This document shows positions 51,343-64,000 of a DNA stretch of 64,000 nucleotides, in pieces; the stretch's first letter is position 1; each line of letters opens with the position of its first letter. The notes beneath the pieces were generated by a model. The model worked only from the letters and a program-made list of their open reading frames with translations. It was not told where the DNA came from and did no database searches. Source of the stretch: Laetmonice hystrix (lineage: Eukaryota); assembly GCA_965235115.1 (NCBI GenBank), contig OZ249436.1, positions 50,098,001 through 50,162,000 on the forward strand, given 5' to 3'. The translations under genes were made by a program, and so were the position numbers.

Positions 51343-53682
51343 TTCAATACGTTTATGTTCCGGTCTACTCCGGTATACTCATCAATTTCCGCCTTACATT
51401 CAAATTTTCTGATTCACCCTGCATGGCCCCCAAACGGCGACAAAATGTAATTGCCGCAGAGCACCTCCCGAAGGTTGCCAGATTGCTTCGACGTCGAACA
51501 TTATCAAATCTTGCTAGTAGATCCTGTACAAATGAATCAATTCGATGTAGTATAGGAATTCATTAACGAAAATTAAAAATGCCCTAGTGTAATGTATTAT
51601 AGACTGTTTACTGAATCGCCCTTTCGTTTCCCCGTTTCAGGGATAGAACCAGGGACGTTTCTCAATCGTCGGAAACCGCCGAACATTACCGAGGCCCTGC
51701 GATAACTCTTTGTAAGTGGAACAGTGCATTGCGGGATAGCCCGGGACTAGCATCAGTGTCAAGATGGACACCTGCGAGCAGTTAACTACTACTCACAAAA
51801 TATAATCATACATTATTTACATTATCAGAGGTTGTTTATCACTTCATTTCATTTTTCTTAAAGATTTTAAATGTATCTAATTTGATTTAAAACAGTTCAA
51901 ATGTAAACTACTTTACTGGACTATTTTTTGTACCTTTTCACTGCATTTCTATCTTTCCGGTACGCCCTTTCGCCGGCGTACTATACTCAACGCACCGCGC
52001 AATTTCGCGAGAAACACATGACTGAAGCGGCTAGCCCTCTGCCAGGGGGAATTGTTTGTCAAGTAACCGACACATTTCTCAGACTTGTTGTGGCTACGGA
52101 TATCGCTGCTGGCATAAATTTAAATAGAATTCCCACACGTTTTCCAAAACACAGAGAATACATTGCAGAAATGCCCAATCTGGGACTTGGGAAGGCCTCC
52201 CGGGGAAAAAGGTTGCTGTGCGATTTCTAGTTTTGTATCTCCTGTTTCAGTGTCCATTACCCCACATGAGTTTAACCTTTGATTAAAACAGACAACGATG
52301 AAAATCTCTGGAAAACTCGGACCAAAACGCCTGGAAAGTGTTTCAAATCTTCTACTTAAAAGCAACCCTTTGAAAAATATCAACTAAAGTTCGCGACAGA
52401 CCTGCCTTGTGTAAGGCCCGGTTTCCAAAGCTTTTGCGTTGGCCTCAGCGGCGGCGTGTGAATCACTTCTACTTTGAGCCATTAGACGACGCCGACACTG
52501 ACGCTGATAACAAGGCGAAGGAAACGGACCTTATGCTAATTACCGCCATCTACAGTATAGCCTTGACAACCTACCACCCTCAAGTCTTAATCCCCACCAA
52601 TGCATGTCTTAAAGCATGCCACTATATTTCTGCACATTGGGTCTTCAAGCCCAACTTCCGGTTTGCTGCTTGATCTACACAGCGTCACCATTACTTGGAG
52701 TGCATGGGTATGATTCGTTCGGCATGGCCACCGTCACTAGGTGAGCTCAGGAGCCGAGGGATTTGTGCATTAGCTATCAGACTATACCATCAGTATAATA
52801 GATAGAACACAACTGTAACGATGTTTGACTTACGAAAACAAAATCAGCCCCAAGAAGGGACCCGGGAGAGTGCGAGGTTGAATCATGACAAGGCGGAAAA
52901 TATACGTGAGGTTAGGTCTTTCAGATGATTACCTTTGTCGTCAGGTGTAAACAAAGATATGGCTTAGTGTCATGTAATCAGTCAAACAAATTGATTTAAT
53001 TAATCAGTAAATGCTAATTGTTTATTGTCTGGTAAAATCATTGTTATGTATTGTTCTGTGAGGCTCTACGTCGATATTTAAGGAATTGCTGAAGGTCCGA
53101 GTCGAGAAGTTTCCGTCCTCGAATCGATACGACCGACCCATCCCTGGTAAGGCACCAAGTGCTCGGAGTTTACTGGAGGTATCCTTGATACAGACGATAC
53201 TCCTTCATCGAGATAATCGGCAGGCATCCAAATAATATTTATCAATACGACACAAAAATATTACACTATGAACCACAAACTGTCAATGTGGAGCGGACCG
53301 ACCCTTCTATAGTTTGGATACAACAGCGTCGTAATCAGAAACCCCTCAGCTCGTCCTAGATTAGAGGCCTACAGTGGTAGGCCTAATCTACATACATGAT
53401 ACTTCAGTAGGAGCGCCACCCTTTGCTACCTGTGTGCCTTGATGACGTTAACAGAATTACCTATTGATCACTGAGTACCACACTAATGAATGCCGTGGGT
53501 GATGGTGATGAAGAGGTTGAGCTCTGGTACATTATTAGTCATGATTGCTTGTTCTGAGTGTCTGGGCAAAACCGCGGGTCGTTCTTTAGCGTCGTATGCT
53601 TGATGAAGGGAGGCAGAAAGTGGGCAGAGCTGGCATGGAAGAGGAAATAAGAAGTCATGCATGTGTATTACGTGCGATGTAA

Positions 53683-54577
53683 AACCCTTGTCACACTAGA
53701 GGCGGAATGAGACAGAATGCTGTCGGAATGAAAATTCTTGGTATATTCCTGGATATTCGAAGTGCATTCTAAAAGTTCTGACTGCATTCCAAATATTCGG
53801 GCCCATTCTTGTTGGCGGCCCGAATGTTTTGCTCATGCTCAAAACTTTCGAGGTGCATTCGAAGGGGAAAAATATCGAACGGCATTCGAAGTATATTCTA
53901 AATGCACTCTGACTGCATTCTAAATATTCTTACGGCATTCCAACAGCATTCGAAACGTTCTGATCGCATTCGATGGAGAATCGAAACGGCAAGCCACTTC
54001 AAATCCTGCCAGAATGTCCCGAATGGGCCTCGAATGAGCCGGAATGCACCTCGAATGCATCTCGATTGCTGCCGGAATCTATACTCGGACATTCGTGTTA
54101 CATTCTAAGTACATTCGAAATGCATTCTAAGTATTCGAGCTGCATTCTGTTTGAATTTTTGGACGTTCGAACCATATTCGGCGGCCATTCCGGGAGCGTT
54201 CTGACTGCATTTGAGGTGAATTCGTACAGCATTCAAGGCACCTTCCAACCAGACATCGGGCGGTATTCGGGCAGCAATCGAACCGCACTCGTACGGCATT
54301 CGAGGTGCATTCTAAATATTCTGACTGCATTCTAACAACATTCTAAATATTACTACTGTGTTCCAACTACATTCGAGCTAATACACCCGGAATGTACAAG
54401 AATCATTTGAGGCGGGTTCGAAGCGCATTCTAAGTATTCGAACGCCATTCTTACAAAGCTGTAAGAATTTTGGTCAATTTGAAATTCCCTCCCGAATGTG
54501 GCGCGAATTTTGAGAATTCTTCATTCCGGCTGGTTCTGCTTGATTCCTGCTGATTCCGAATAAGTGTGACGGGGGTA
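53683..54577 (+). mobile_element. GAATG/CATTC-rich non-autonomous Harbinger-type element
   Basis: Ends AACCCTTGTCACACT / AGTGTGACGGGGGTA, with TAA on both flanks. Confidence 0.75.
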
Positions 54578-54665
54578 TAACCGCCTAATGAAGTAATTCA
54601 ACCCCGATCGAGAGCAGACGGGTGCCCAACCTCAGAGAAGTTGTTACCTTTATAGAAGCTAATGT

Positions 54666-54942
54666 TGCCGTTGGAATGCCGTAAGAATATTTAGAATGCA
54701 GTCAGAGTGCATTTAGAATACACTTCGAATGCCGTTCGATATTTCTCCACTTCGAATGCACCTCGAAAGTTTTGAGCATGAGCAAAACATTCGGGCCGCC
54801 AACAAGAATGGGCCCGAATATTTGGAATGCACTCAGAATACAGTCAGAATATTTAGAATTCACTTCGAATATCCAGGAATGTACAAAGAACTTTCATTCC
54901 AACGGCATTCCGGTTCATTCCGCCTCTAGTGTGACTAGGGTA
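54666..54942 (-). mobile_element. Inverted truncated second copy (5' ~275 bp) of the 53683 element
   Basis: Reverse complement of ~53683-53945; terminus TAA|TACCCTAGTCACACT on the minus strand. Confidence 0.8.
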
Positions 54943-56868
54943 TTACGATGGGATATCAAGGAAATTGCTGATGAATTACACTGAAACGTTTAGGATGCGC
55001 GGAAGGTTATGTTGAGGGCAATCACATCACTTTATCAGATATCAGTGAAAGTTGTCAGAACGGCAGTTATATATAGACCCTATGTGTTCGTCAAGATTTC
55101 CCTGCCTCTTGCTGCTTGTAATTGTTCAGCGTGGCTGCTGCCCAGGCGGATGCTACTATTTCACTGGCGGATCCACTCGGAACGACCGACGCTGCTTCTG
55201 ATTGGCTGTTTCTAGGTCATATCCGGGGCGAAGCAGGCCTCGGACAGTGAAAGTGTACAGATCTTACGTGGATTTAACGGGAATCCGCCGGATAGGTCAT
55301 GTGCTCTCTGATTCGGCCGATTGAAAAAGTAGTGCATTCGACAGACGTCCTGTTTTAGGTGTTGTGTGCATTGTAAACAAGATTTCACCGACTGTACGTG
55401 TTGATAATGAGCAAACAAGTGACATGTTCACATAATTTGATGTCACAATACGATTTTTGTAGTCCGACTTTTACCATAATGGCGGCGCCCACAGCCACAC
55501 GACGATCGATGCACACGACGATGACATTGTCATAGACATAGCCATAGCCTAGGCATGGCGATACCTAATCAAGTCACCTTGGCAAAGAGAGCCTAATTTA
55601 TGCTAAGTCTTTGACGGGGCGGGTGCATGGTGATGGCAGGTGAGGCACTGTATGGGAACCCGGGCGGTGGTGTGGGTCCCGGGCGTTACACGGCACGCAG
55701 TGGCAGCAGCCCGGCCGGGCTGGCCCCATTGCATCGGCCATCCTGCCGGGGTGCTGCGTGGGCCCCGCAGGGGGAGTGGGCGGTAGACAGTCCATAATAT
55801 TTGCGGCTAAAACGGCCAGTGTAGCCAGGATAAACTAATCTTTCGGTAGGTAGTCCTATGTACCGTATTTTATAGTGAGGACTGAGGGTGAGACTTCGAA
55901 GTTCGAGGCCACAGCACCTGTGGATGATGGCAGTGATGATGTGACGGGCTGACCGCGGGGACTCGCCTGACTGTGACGATCTGTTGGTGACTGTGGCGGT
56001 TTGACTACAGTGTGACGATTCAAACGTGTGACGATTTGACTGGAATTCTTAATTAGGCCTATATACGCGGTGTCGTCCCCTATTCCCCCGAACACATGTC
56101 TGTGTTTACATTTTGAAAATAGTTTGGTGACGTCAGCAAAGCAAGATGGCGCTTTCACTGTCCGAGTCCAGTTCCCGAAAGGAAAGTAAACCGGAAATGG
56201 CTCGGTCGTTCCGATTGTGGCGGATCCAGGATTTCACTAAGGGGGGGGGCACAGAAAGGCAATTCATGATTGTTTGCATTATTAATTAAAGCTCATGCTC
56301 CTGAATAAGAGTTTTAGAGGTATAGGCCTACATAATAGCTCGGGGTTTCCCTGACATACACCGCCAGTGTTAAAATTATTTAAAAATGAGTAGGATATAG
56401 CCGCGTATAGGCCTAATTAGTGAAGCTAAAGGGGGGGCACGTGCCCCCTGTGCCCCCTGGATCCGCCTTTGTATTTAGCACGTTTGTTCACATGTGATGG
56501 AAAGGTAAACTCAGCAGTAAATGGCCATGCGAAATCCGCTAAAAACATCTGCTGAAAGGAAACATATAGACATGCAATTTATTGTGACGAAAAAAGTGGA
56601 CACCGCCTTCCTGTCTGCCAAGTCTAAATTGGCTACATTAATCCTGATACTTCAGTCCACAAAGTGTCGCTTTTGACTTCTCTAGGTATATAATATATAT
56701 GAGACCACTTGAGGATAGCATTCGCCCGGCTGCGACTGTCGTCACACCGGTTAAAAATAGCGATTGGCTGCTGGTCTCGAACACTGAGAGAGAACAGACT
56801 GTGTGAGTGTGACGTGAGGCTCACGGCATCCAGTCATGCTCCCTGAACACGTGGTATTAAAGTACGAT

Positions 56869-58853
56869 TGTAGCACCCTCAAATGTAAGAATTCCGCGAA
56901 ATGTAAAAACGCCGTCTAAAGAATGTAACAAATATTTACGACAAATGTGAAAACGTACGTCAGATGTGAAAAATTCTGCCGCAAATGTACAAATTACCTT
57001 CCGTCAAATGTAAAAAAAAGACGCTAAATGAGACAAAAATATTGCATTGCATTATGTGAAAAACTGTTACGTCAAATGTAAAGACTCCCTCTCCCCCCCC
57101 CCCTCAGTTTTCTTACAGTGATCACCGTATACGTACGCTGATGGTAACAGCGCAGTTTGATCGGTTAGTTTAACACTAGGCCTATTGCATGCCAGGAAGA
57201 TCTGTGGACACACGTTTAGATATGAAGAGTAGAGCTATGTTCGACTGGCTTCTGTTGTCGGTTGCCAAAGACAGTACTTAGGTAGCCTCGATCCCATGAC
57301 CCTTTGCCTAGTACTTAGGCCAAGAGAAATTTAGACAACGCAATTATTTTACTTCGTATTTTTTGGTAAAATGTAGATAATATTGACATTCAAAATAACT
57401 AAACAAGTTACTTAAATACAATTAATTTTTATTTGATTTAAATGACACCAAGTGTTGGCATGTGTGAACCATCGCAGGCCCTTACGCCTTAGCCAGGGTC
57501 GGGGTGTGTACGGTCCGCATTGAAGGGGTGGATGATGGGGTAACCAGTCATCCTTGCCATGCGTCCCGGCGGGAGGTATGTTTACCCGTTTTTGGTAACC
57601 CCCCCCCCCCGGTCATTATATAATACATACCCCCTCCGGTCATTATATATATAATATCTACCCCCGGGGGTAGTTCTTATCTAAATAATAACCACCCCTC
57701 TCATATAATTTACACCCCCCTGACATAACACAAATATAAACAATGGCTGTCTACTGCATCGTACCTATAACGTAACGTATAGGTTCAAGGAACGTTTTTG
57801 TAACCAAATTGCATATCATTAACTCCATTTCAAATCACTTCATGCCCAATTACTAAGTACATTTCATAACTCAAGTTCACCTTAACTTCATTCTCAGTAT
57901 TTAAACAGCTTTTTCAGACTAAACATTCATAGTGTTTAATATTGTTTGTTTAGTTTAATATATTCGCGCAGTATATATTCCGGGCCAGTCTCTGGTGCCT
58001 AACTCCATCAATGACTATGTCTTGATGGTGCTTGATATTGCTATTGGAAAGCAGGTTTAAGTAATGCCTTTCTCCACGTTAATACTTATCATAATAATTA
58101 TTGTCATGGTGATTTCACTGTTGAGTATGGAGGGGGGGGGGTAGATTTTATATGGGGAGGGTCACTATTATCGGGGGAGGTGATTATTATCTAGATAATA
58201 CCTACCGGGGGGTAGGTATTATATGGGGGGGGGGGGTAGGTATATGTCAGACCGGCCGAGCGGGAGTGGGGAGGTGCATGGGGTGGGTACAGGTCACGCA
58301 GAGAGCGAGGCCCCTAAACCTATACACTGCGCTACGTATCGTTATCAAACTTGCCACAAATAAAGGTTAATGTTTTTTTAAGCTATGACCAGGGTTCTTA
58401 ATAATTCAGACTGGTACAATTTCATCAAATGAGTGAACGACACGCGTCCTAAAATGCGTAATTAACTTGTGCGGGGAGGTCAACAGGTGATAAAAATACA
58501 TTGTGGCCAAAAATAAAATTATATATAACTTATATATATCGCCTCAGGTTAGGTAACCTGATCATATTTTTTTTAAAGTGTTTACTTGAAAACTCAAACT
58601 CCACTAAAGGCTTGGGATTGAAACTTTAGAATATAGAGACATTGATGTGATCTGAACCTCCTGACATTATTGTAACAAAATCAGACTTGGTTTGCACTGA
58701 TGTAATTTTTGTTGACATTTAAATATATATATATTAAAACTTAAAAACAAAAGAAAGTTTGCTTTCATTTCAGTCTCATGTAAAAATCACAATATCTGGT
58801 CATAGCAAAGCGTTTTTACATTTAGCGGACTTTTCACATTTGAGGGTGCTACA
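56869..58853. mobile_element. Non-autonomous DNA transposon with TGT..ACA termini and 6 bp TSD
   Basis: ~44 bp TIR TGTAGCACCCTCAAATGT..CCGC.AAATGTAAAAACGC; TACGAT duplicated at 56863-68 and 58854-59; subterminal AAATGT repeats on the left. Confidence 0.85.
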
Positions 58854-59835
58854 TACGATGTGGCCCCAGTTACCTTCCCAGAATTCATTACAAACAGCAG
58901 TAGGCCTACTGTTTGCCAGTTTTAATATATTGCCGATGTTATGTGACACATAGAAGGTCTTGTGTTTTTCGTTGTAATTAGTATGTTGTAAACCGATACT
59001 TGTTGAACATTTTGGACTTTGGTCAATAAATCCCTGCCGACTGCTAGACCGAAGAGTGAAACATAAACATGTACTGCACGTTTTATTTTTTAGTATTATA
59101 CATGGCATAGACTGCAACGTTTTGTTGTCACAAGCCCTGTCCCTGAAGCTTTTTAAATGATCATTTTAACTCAGAACAGCGCTGCCCCTGTGCCCCCGTG
59201 TCCCCGTGCTCCCGTCAGGTACATTTAGGAATATAGAATATAGGAATATAGATCAATGCGGCAAAATGCTGTTGGTCTGGTCCGATTTACCAGATAATGC
59301 TGTCTTTGATAGCTGACATGCCACATATAACAAATCGAAACATAAAGTTATTTTCACCAGCGTCAAATCTGTATAAATTAAATACTCGTTCAGTATTGGT
59401 TTATTCCCAAGGATATTGCTGTGAACCGCTCGAACCGATGAATCGATAAGAAAAAACCGTCAAGGGGGAGTTAGATTACGGGGAATTTCCAACACACAAA
59501 CGAAAAACAGATGCTTAGCCTTATTGGTTTTCATTGAATCATAGCGTTACGAAATGTATTAGATGTTTCGAACGAAAAACTACGAAGATGAATTAACAAG
59601 AGAACAAAAAGCAGAAAACTTGACAATCATTGTGCCATTAAGAGCACTTAAGAGCATCCAAAGGGAGTCAAACAGGCTATTAGCACTAACCGCCATGACA
59701 TCATCCGGTCACGACTCTATTAAACAGCATTCTCAAGCTCAGTTAAATGGTAAGCGATTATTTCATCCAGAATTCCTGCCCACTGTGCTTCTTTCCGTCC
59801 TTTTCTTTGATAGGAGAACTCAAAGTGGCATTGTC

Positions 59836-59890
59836 GTAGGTAGGTAGGTAGGTAGGTAGGTAGGTAGGTAGGCCTAGGTAGGTGGGTAGG
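59836..59890. repeat. (GTAG)n microsatellite
   Basis: Read directly. Confidence 0.9.
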
Positions 59891-60431
59891 ATTTTAAAAA
59901 CTCTAACCCCTATATAAACAATAGGCCTAATAGTTACATACCAAGAAATCACTAGGGGCAATGGGTAACCGAAGAACATAATATTGATAATATACAAACT
60001 CGAGTGTAGTCACGGTTGGGTAGTAGCTAACGGAACTTCATACAGCAGGCCGTACCAAACCCTCAAAATAACTGGAGTCACATGATTGCGTAGTCACCTA
60101 ACCCAAGTATATACTCGAAACTGATAATTGTGACAATTCAGTAGACAATCAAACGTGTTTGCTAAAGGGTTAATATCGCACCATTGTTACATATACTTGT
60201 CAATTCACGACACCGAAGCACTTTTCAGACTCAGGATTTATCTATCGTCGAGAACGACGCCATTCATTTATCAGGTCTCACTATTACAAACTGCTTTCCC
60301 CAACTCTTCTCTAAATACAATTCACCTCTGAGAACGCTTAAAACATTATCTCTCCTAGCGATACCTGAACACTCATAAACAGGCAATGGCTTTAATAAAG
60401 CTACAGTACCCTCAGTTCACAAACAAAATAA

Positions 60432-61856
60432 TCGATTAGATTTCTTACTGACTGAACTTCCCCGGGTCGTCTGACAGGGGTCGATTAGATTGTTTACTGA
60501 CTGAGGAACTTCCCCGGGTCGTCTGACAGGGGTCGATTAGATTGCTTACTGACTGAGGAACCTCCCCGGGTCATCTGATAGGGGTCGATTAGATTGCTTA
60601 CTGACTGAGGAACTTCCCCGGGTCGTCTGACAGGGGTCGATTAGATTGTTTACGGACTGAGGAACTTCCCCGGGTCATCTGACAGGGGTCGATTAGATTG
60701 CTTACTGACTGAGGAACTTCCCCGGGTCATCTGACAGGGGTCGATTAGATTGTTTACTGACTGAGAAACTTCCCCGGTCATCTGACAGGGGTCGATTAGA
60801 TTGTTTACTGGCTGAGAAACTTCCCCGGGTCATCTGACAGGGGTCGATTAGATTGCTTACTGACTGAGGAACTTCCCCGGGTCGTCTGACAGGGGTCGAT
60901 TAGATTGTTTACGGACTGAGGAACTTCCCCGGGTCATCTGACAGGGGTCGATTAGATTGCTTACTGACTGAGGAACTTCCCCGGGTCATCTGACAGGGGT
61001 CGATTAGATTGCTTACTGACTGAGGAACTTCCCCGGGTCATCTGACAGGGGTCGATTAGATTGCTTACTGACTGAGGAACTTCCCCGGGTAATCTGACAG
61101 GGGTCGATTAGATTACTTACTGACTGAGGAACTTCCCCGGGTCGTCTGACAAGGGTCGATTAGATTGCTTACTGACTGAGGAACTTCCCCGGGTCATCTG
61201 ACAGGGGTCGATTAGATTACTTACTGACTGAGGAACTTCCCCGGGTCATCTGACAGGGGTCGATTAGATTACTTACTGACTGAGGAACTTCCCCGGGTCG
61301 TCTGACAGGGGTCGATTAGATTACTTACTGACTGAGGAACTTCCCCGGGTCATCTGACAGGGGTCGATTAGATTACTTACTGACTGAGGGACTTCCCCGG
61401 GTCATCTGACAGGGGTCGATTAGATTGTTTACTGACTGAAGAACTGCTCCGGGTCGTCTGACAGGGGTCGATTAGATTACTTACTGACTGAGGAACTTCC
61501 CCGGGTCATCTGACAGGGGTCGATTAGATTGCTTACTGACTGAGGAACTTCCCCGGGTCATCTGACAGGGGTCGATTAGATTACTTACTGACTGAGGAAC
61601 TTCCCCGGGTCATCTGACAGGGGTCGATTAGATTGCTTACTGACTGAGGAACTTCCCCGGGTCATCTGACAGGGGTCGATTAGATTGCTTGCTGACTGAG
61701 GAACTTCCCCGGGTCATCTGACAGGGGTCGATTAGATTACTTACTGACTGAGGGACTTCCCTGGGTCATCTGACAGGGGTCGATTAGATTGCTTACTGAC
61801 TGAGGAACTTCCCCGGGTCGTCTGACAGGGGTAGATTAGATTGCTTACTGACTGAG
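60432..61856. repeat. 52 bp minisatellite, ~27 copies
   Basis: Unit TCGATTAGATTGCTTACTGACTGAGGAACTTCCCCGGGTCATCTGACAGGGG. Confidence 0.98.
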
Positions 61857-62609
61857 CGACTGAGGTCGGAATTGACCCCTACCCTTATATGAATCAGCCT
61901 TGCCCTATCTGTATAATCCGGAGTTAAAACAATCACCAATAATGCAAAAACAAAACCGCATCTGCACGAGTGGCATCATCTCTACAGCCTCACCATGCCA
62001 CTAATCGTTACTAAACCATCTTGTCAGCAACGCCAGACAACGGGGAACCCCCTCCCATGCGTGCACATGGCTTTAAAGGTGCTCTTTTCGATGTACCAAA
62101 TGGCCGAATTCAGACATTTATTAACCTTGCATGTGGCTCATACTTATAATAACTAATTTGTGACAACCGCGGGATTTTAACACAAATTTTAATTTCAAAA
62201 AAGTGTCTAAGCACGTTCACATATTACGCTCATAGATCTATATAAGTACAACCACTGAAAATTCTCGATGAGAATAGGACCTTATAAGAAGTTCGAGGCC
62301 ACTCGCCAAGACAATCTAATAGCTCACGCTACATTTCTGCCATACATTTCCGCTACAGCTTCATCTCCAGTGACGCCGTGCCCTGGCGTGATTGGCCCAA
62401 TGACCGAGTTCACAGCCACAATGAAGGCTTTCAGTCACTATAGAACATGCCTTTGACGGAGTTTCTATGGCTGACAACAGAAAGTGGAAGCCACATGTCG
62501 GGGGTTGCCTCGGGGTCAGTATTACAGAGCTCATTGAAAAGAATTGGACGAGATCCCCAGGCCCCGGTTTCAAGAAAGTGGTTAAGTTAACTAAGTTGGT
62601 TATAATGCT

Positions 62610-63510
62610 TAGGTCCCACTGGGGAAAAATCATCGGCGATGTAGAAATACACAAATTGGCTCCCGATGGCTCCCTATGCTCCCGAAGTTTTTGGCCCAAA
62701 CAACGGAGTAGTCCCATTACAGATGGCACGCATTAGGCATCGGGGATGGTCCCCCGAACAATGGCCATGAATCATCGGGAATGGCTCCCGATGGCCGGGA
62801 AAGCCCCGGGGTACCTTCGCCGATAATCGGCCAAGGTGCCCCGGAGCTACCCCGAATTTGAAACACCATCGGGGAAATATCCCCGTAGATATAGGGGAAG
62901 CATCGGTGAGTACTTGCGAACCATCCCCGGTGCCTCCCCAATAACCCTTCCCCGAGGCACCGGGGATGGTTCGCAAGTACTCACCGATGCTTCCCCGGTG
63001 CCTCGGGGAAGCATTGGGGAGGTATGGGAAGAATGCACTTTCAACCATCACCGACATTTCGGCGAATATTCGGGAATGCAACCCCACAACGGGAATGTAT
63101 CACCGACAGGTCGCTGAGAGGTCGCCGGACATGCGGCGGAGATCAAAATATCCCCGGAGGTTCCCTGATCCTTCGCCGAAACAACACACGAGGTTCGGGG
63201 GGACGAAGGTTTCGCGGAAGCTCAGGGGAAGCATCCCCGGGGCTTCGCCGGGGCTCGGGAAAGCTACGGGGTTGCCTCCCCGGCCTGTTTTACCGACAAA
63301 AGGTCGGGAAGACATCGGGAAAAATTTCAATGCAGGCATTGAAAGTTTTCGCAGTTCTCCCGATGCCTCCCGATGGTTCCACATGGCTCCCGACGCTCCC
63401 GAGGCTTCCTCGAAACACCGGGGAACCTGTTCCCGACGCCTCCCGCGGCTCTTCCATTTAGATCGGGAGAACATCCCCGATGCCAAATGTTTCTGTGAGA
63501 AGTGTCAGGT
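62610..63510. mobile_element. CCCG/CGGG-rich MITE-like element with internal perfect hairpin
   Basis: GC-rich block of repeated (C)CCCGA/TCGGG(G) motifs starting AGGTCCCACTGG; right terminus not identified. Confidence 0.5.
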
Positions 63511-64000
63511 ACCAGAGCCACTAATAACGCCGCCGGGACGTACATTGTAATAAAAGGCCAGCATAATGCCACGTGTCACGGTGGGCAGATGAACGGATTC
63601 CCCGGGAGGGGGGAGGGGTGCAGCACTGGGAACAGCGGCGAATGGCATTGCAACGTCAGAGAGAAATACACAAAAGAAGAAAATACATCCAATTATGAAT
63701 GCCTCATGGAAGAGGCATTATTAACATCTTTCTGCACATTTCCGCTGGTCCTTATTACAGGATACATCCTGCTTTCTGCACATCATTTAAACTCATGAGT
63801 GGGTTTCGCGCCCGTCCTATAGGATTGACCTGAAAGGGAGAGTCCATGTAAGGCTAAAAACGTTATTTCCCGGCATCTGGAGATGAAAATTTTGACGGAA
63901 ATAGGTTGGGGGGGTCCCCCCCGGCCCCCCGGTTATGGGCCTGCTGGGCTTTATCCACTAAGCCGACTAGCCTACCGGTCAGCCGATTCCGAAAAAGCAT

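Noticed and set aside
54965..54995. Minimal hammerhead ribozyme (CTGATGA..GAAAC)
   Set aside because: No stem I complement or proper stem III/NUH. The 52 bp array (CTGACTGA) also lacks the core.
62674..63572. Overlapping GC-rich ORFs
   Set aside because: Stop-poor repetitive element sequence with no protein motif.

Overview
Eukaryotic (animal, probably invertebrate or lophotrochozoan; inference) genomic DNA, mostly intronic or intergenic and repeat-rich. The only clear host gene is the first coding exon (N-terminus to TM4) of a GnRH/AKH/ACP-type neuropeptide GPCR on the minus strand (ATG 31916, splice donor after 31308). I could not find its downstream exons. The most structured object is a 3.67 kb PIF/Harbinger-class transposon with both ends intact (10722-14389; ~18 bp TIRs, AAT TSD). 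It carries a spliced, decayed DDE transposase (minus strand) and a convergent, apparently open second gene predicted to encode a basic S/T-P-x-K-rich protein with no visible Myb/SANT domain. The rest holds about ten unrelated minisatellite arrays, two tRNA-derived SINE types, a CR1/L2 LINE 3' remnant and many non-autonomous DNA transposons with readable TSDs (TTAA, TWA, 8 bp, 9 bp, and a TGT..ACA element with a 6 bp TSD). There is no CRISPR array or prokaryotic gene; the long ORFs in the track come from tandem repeats.
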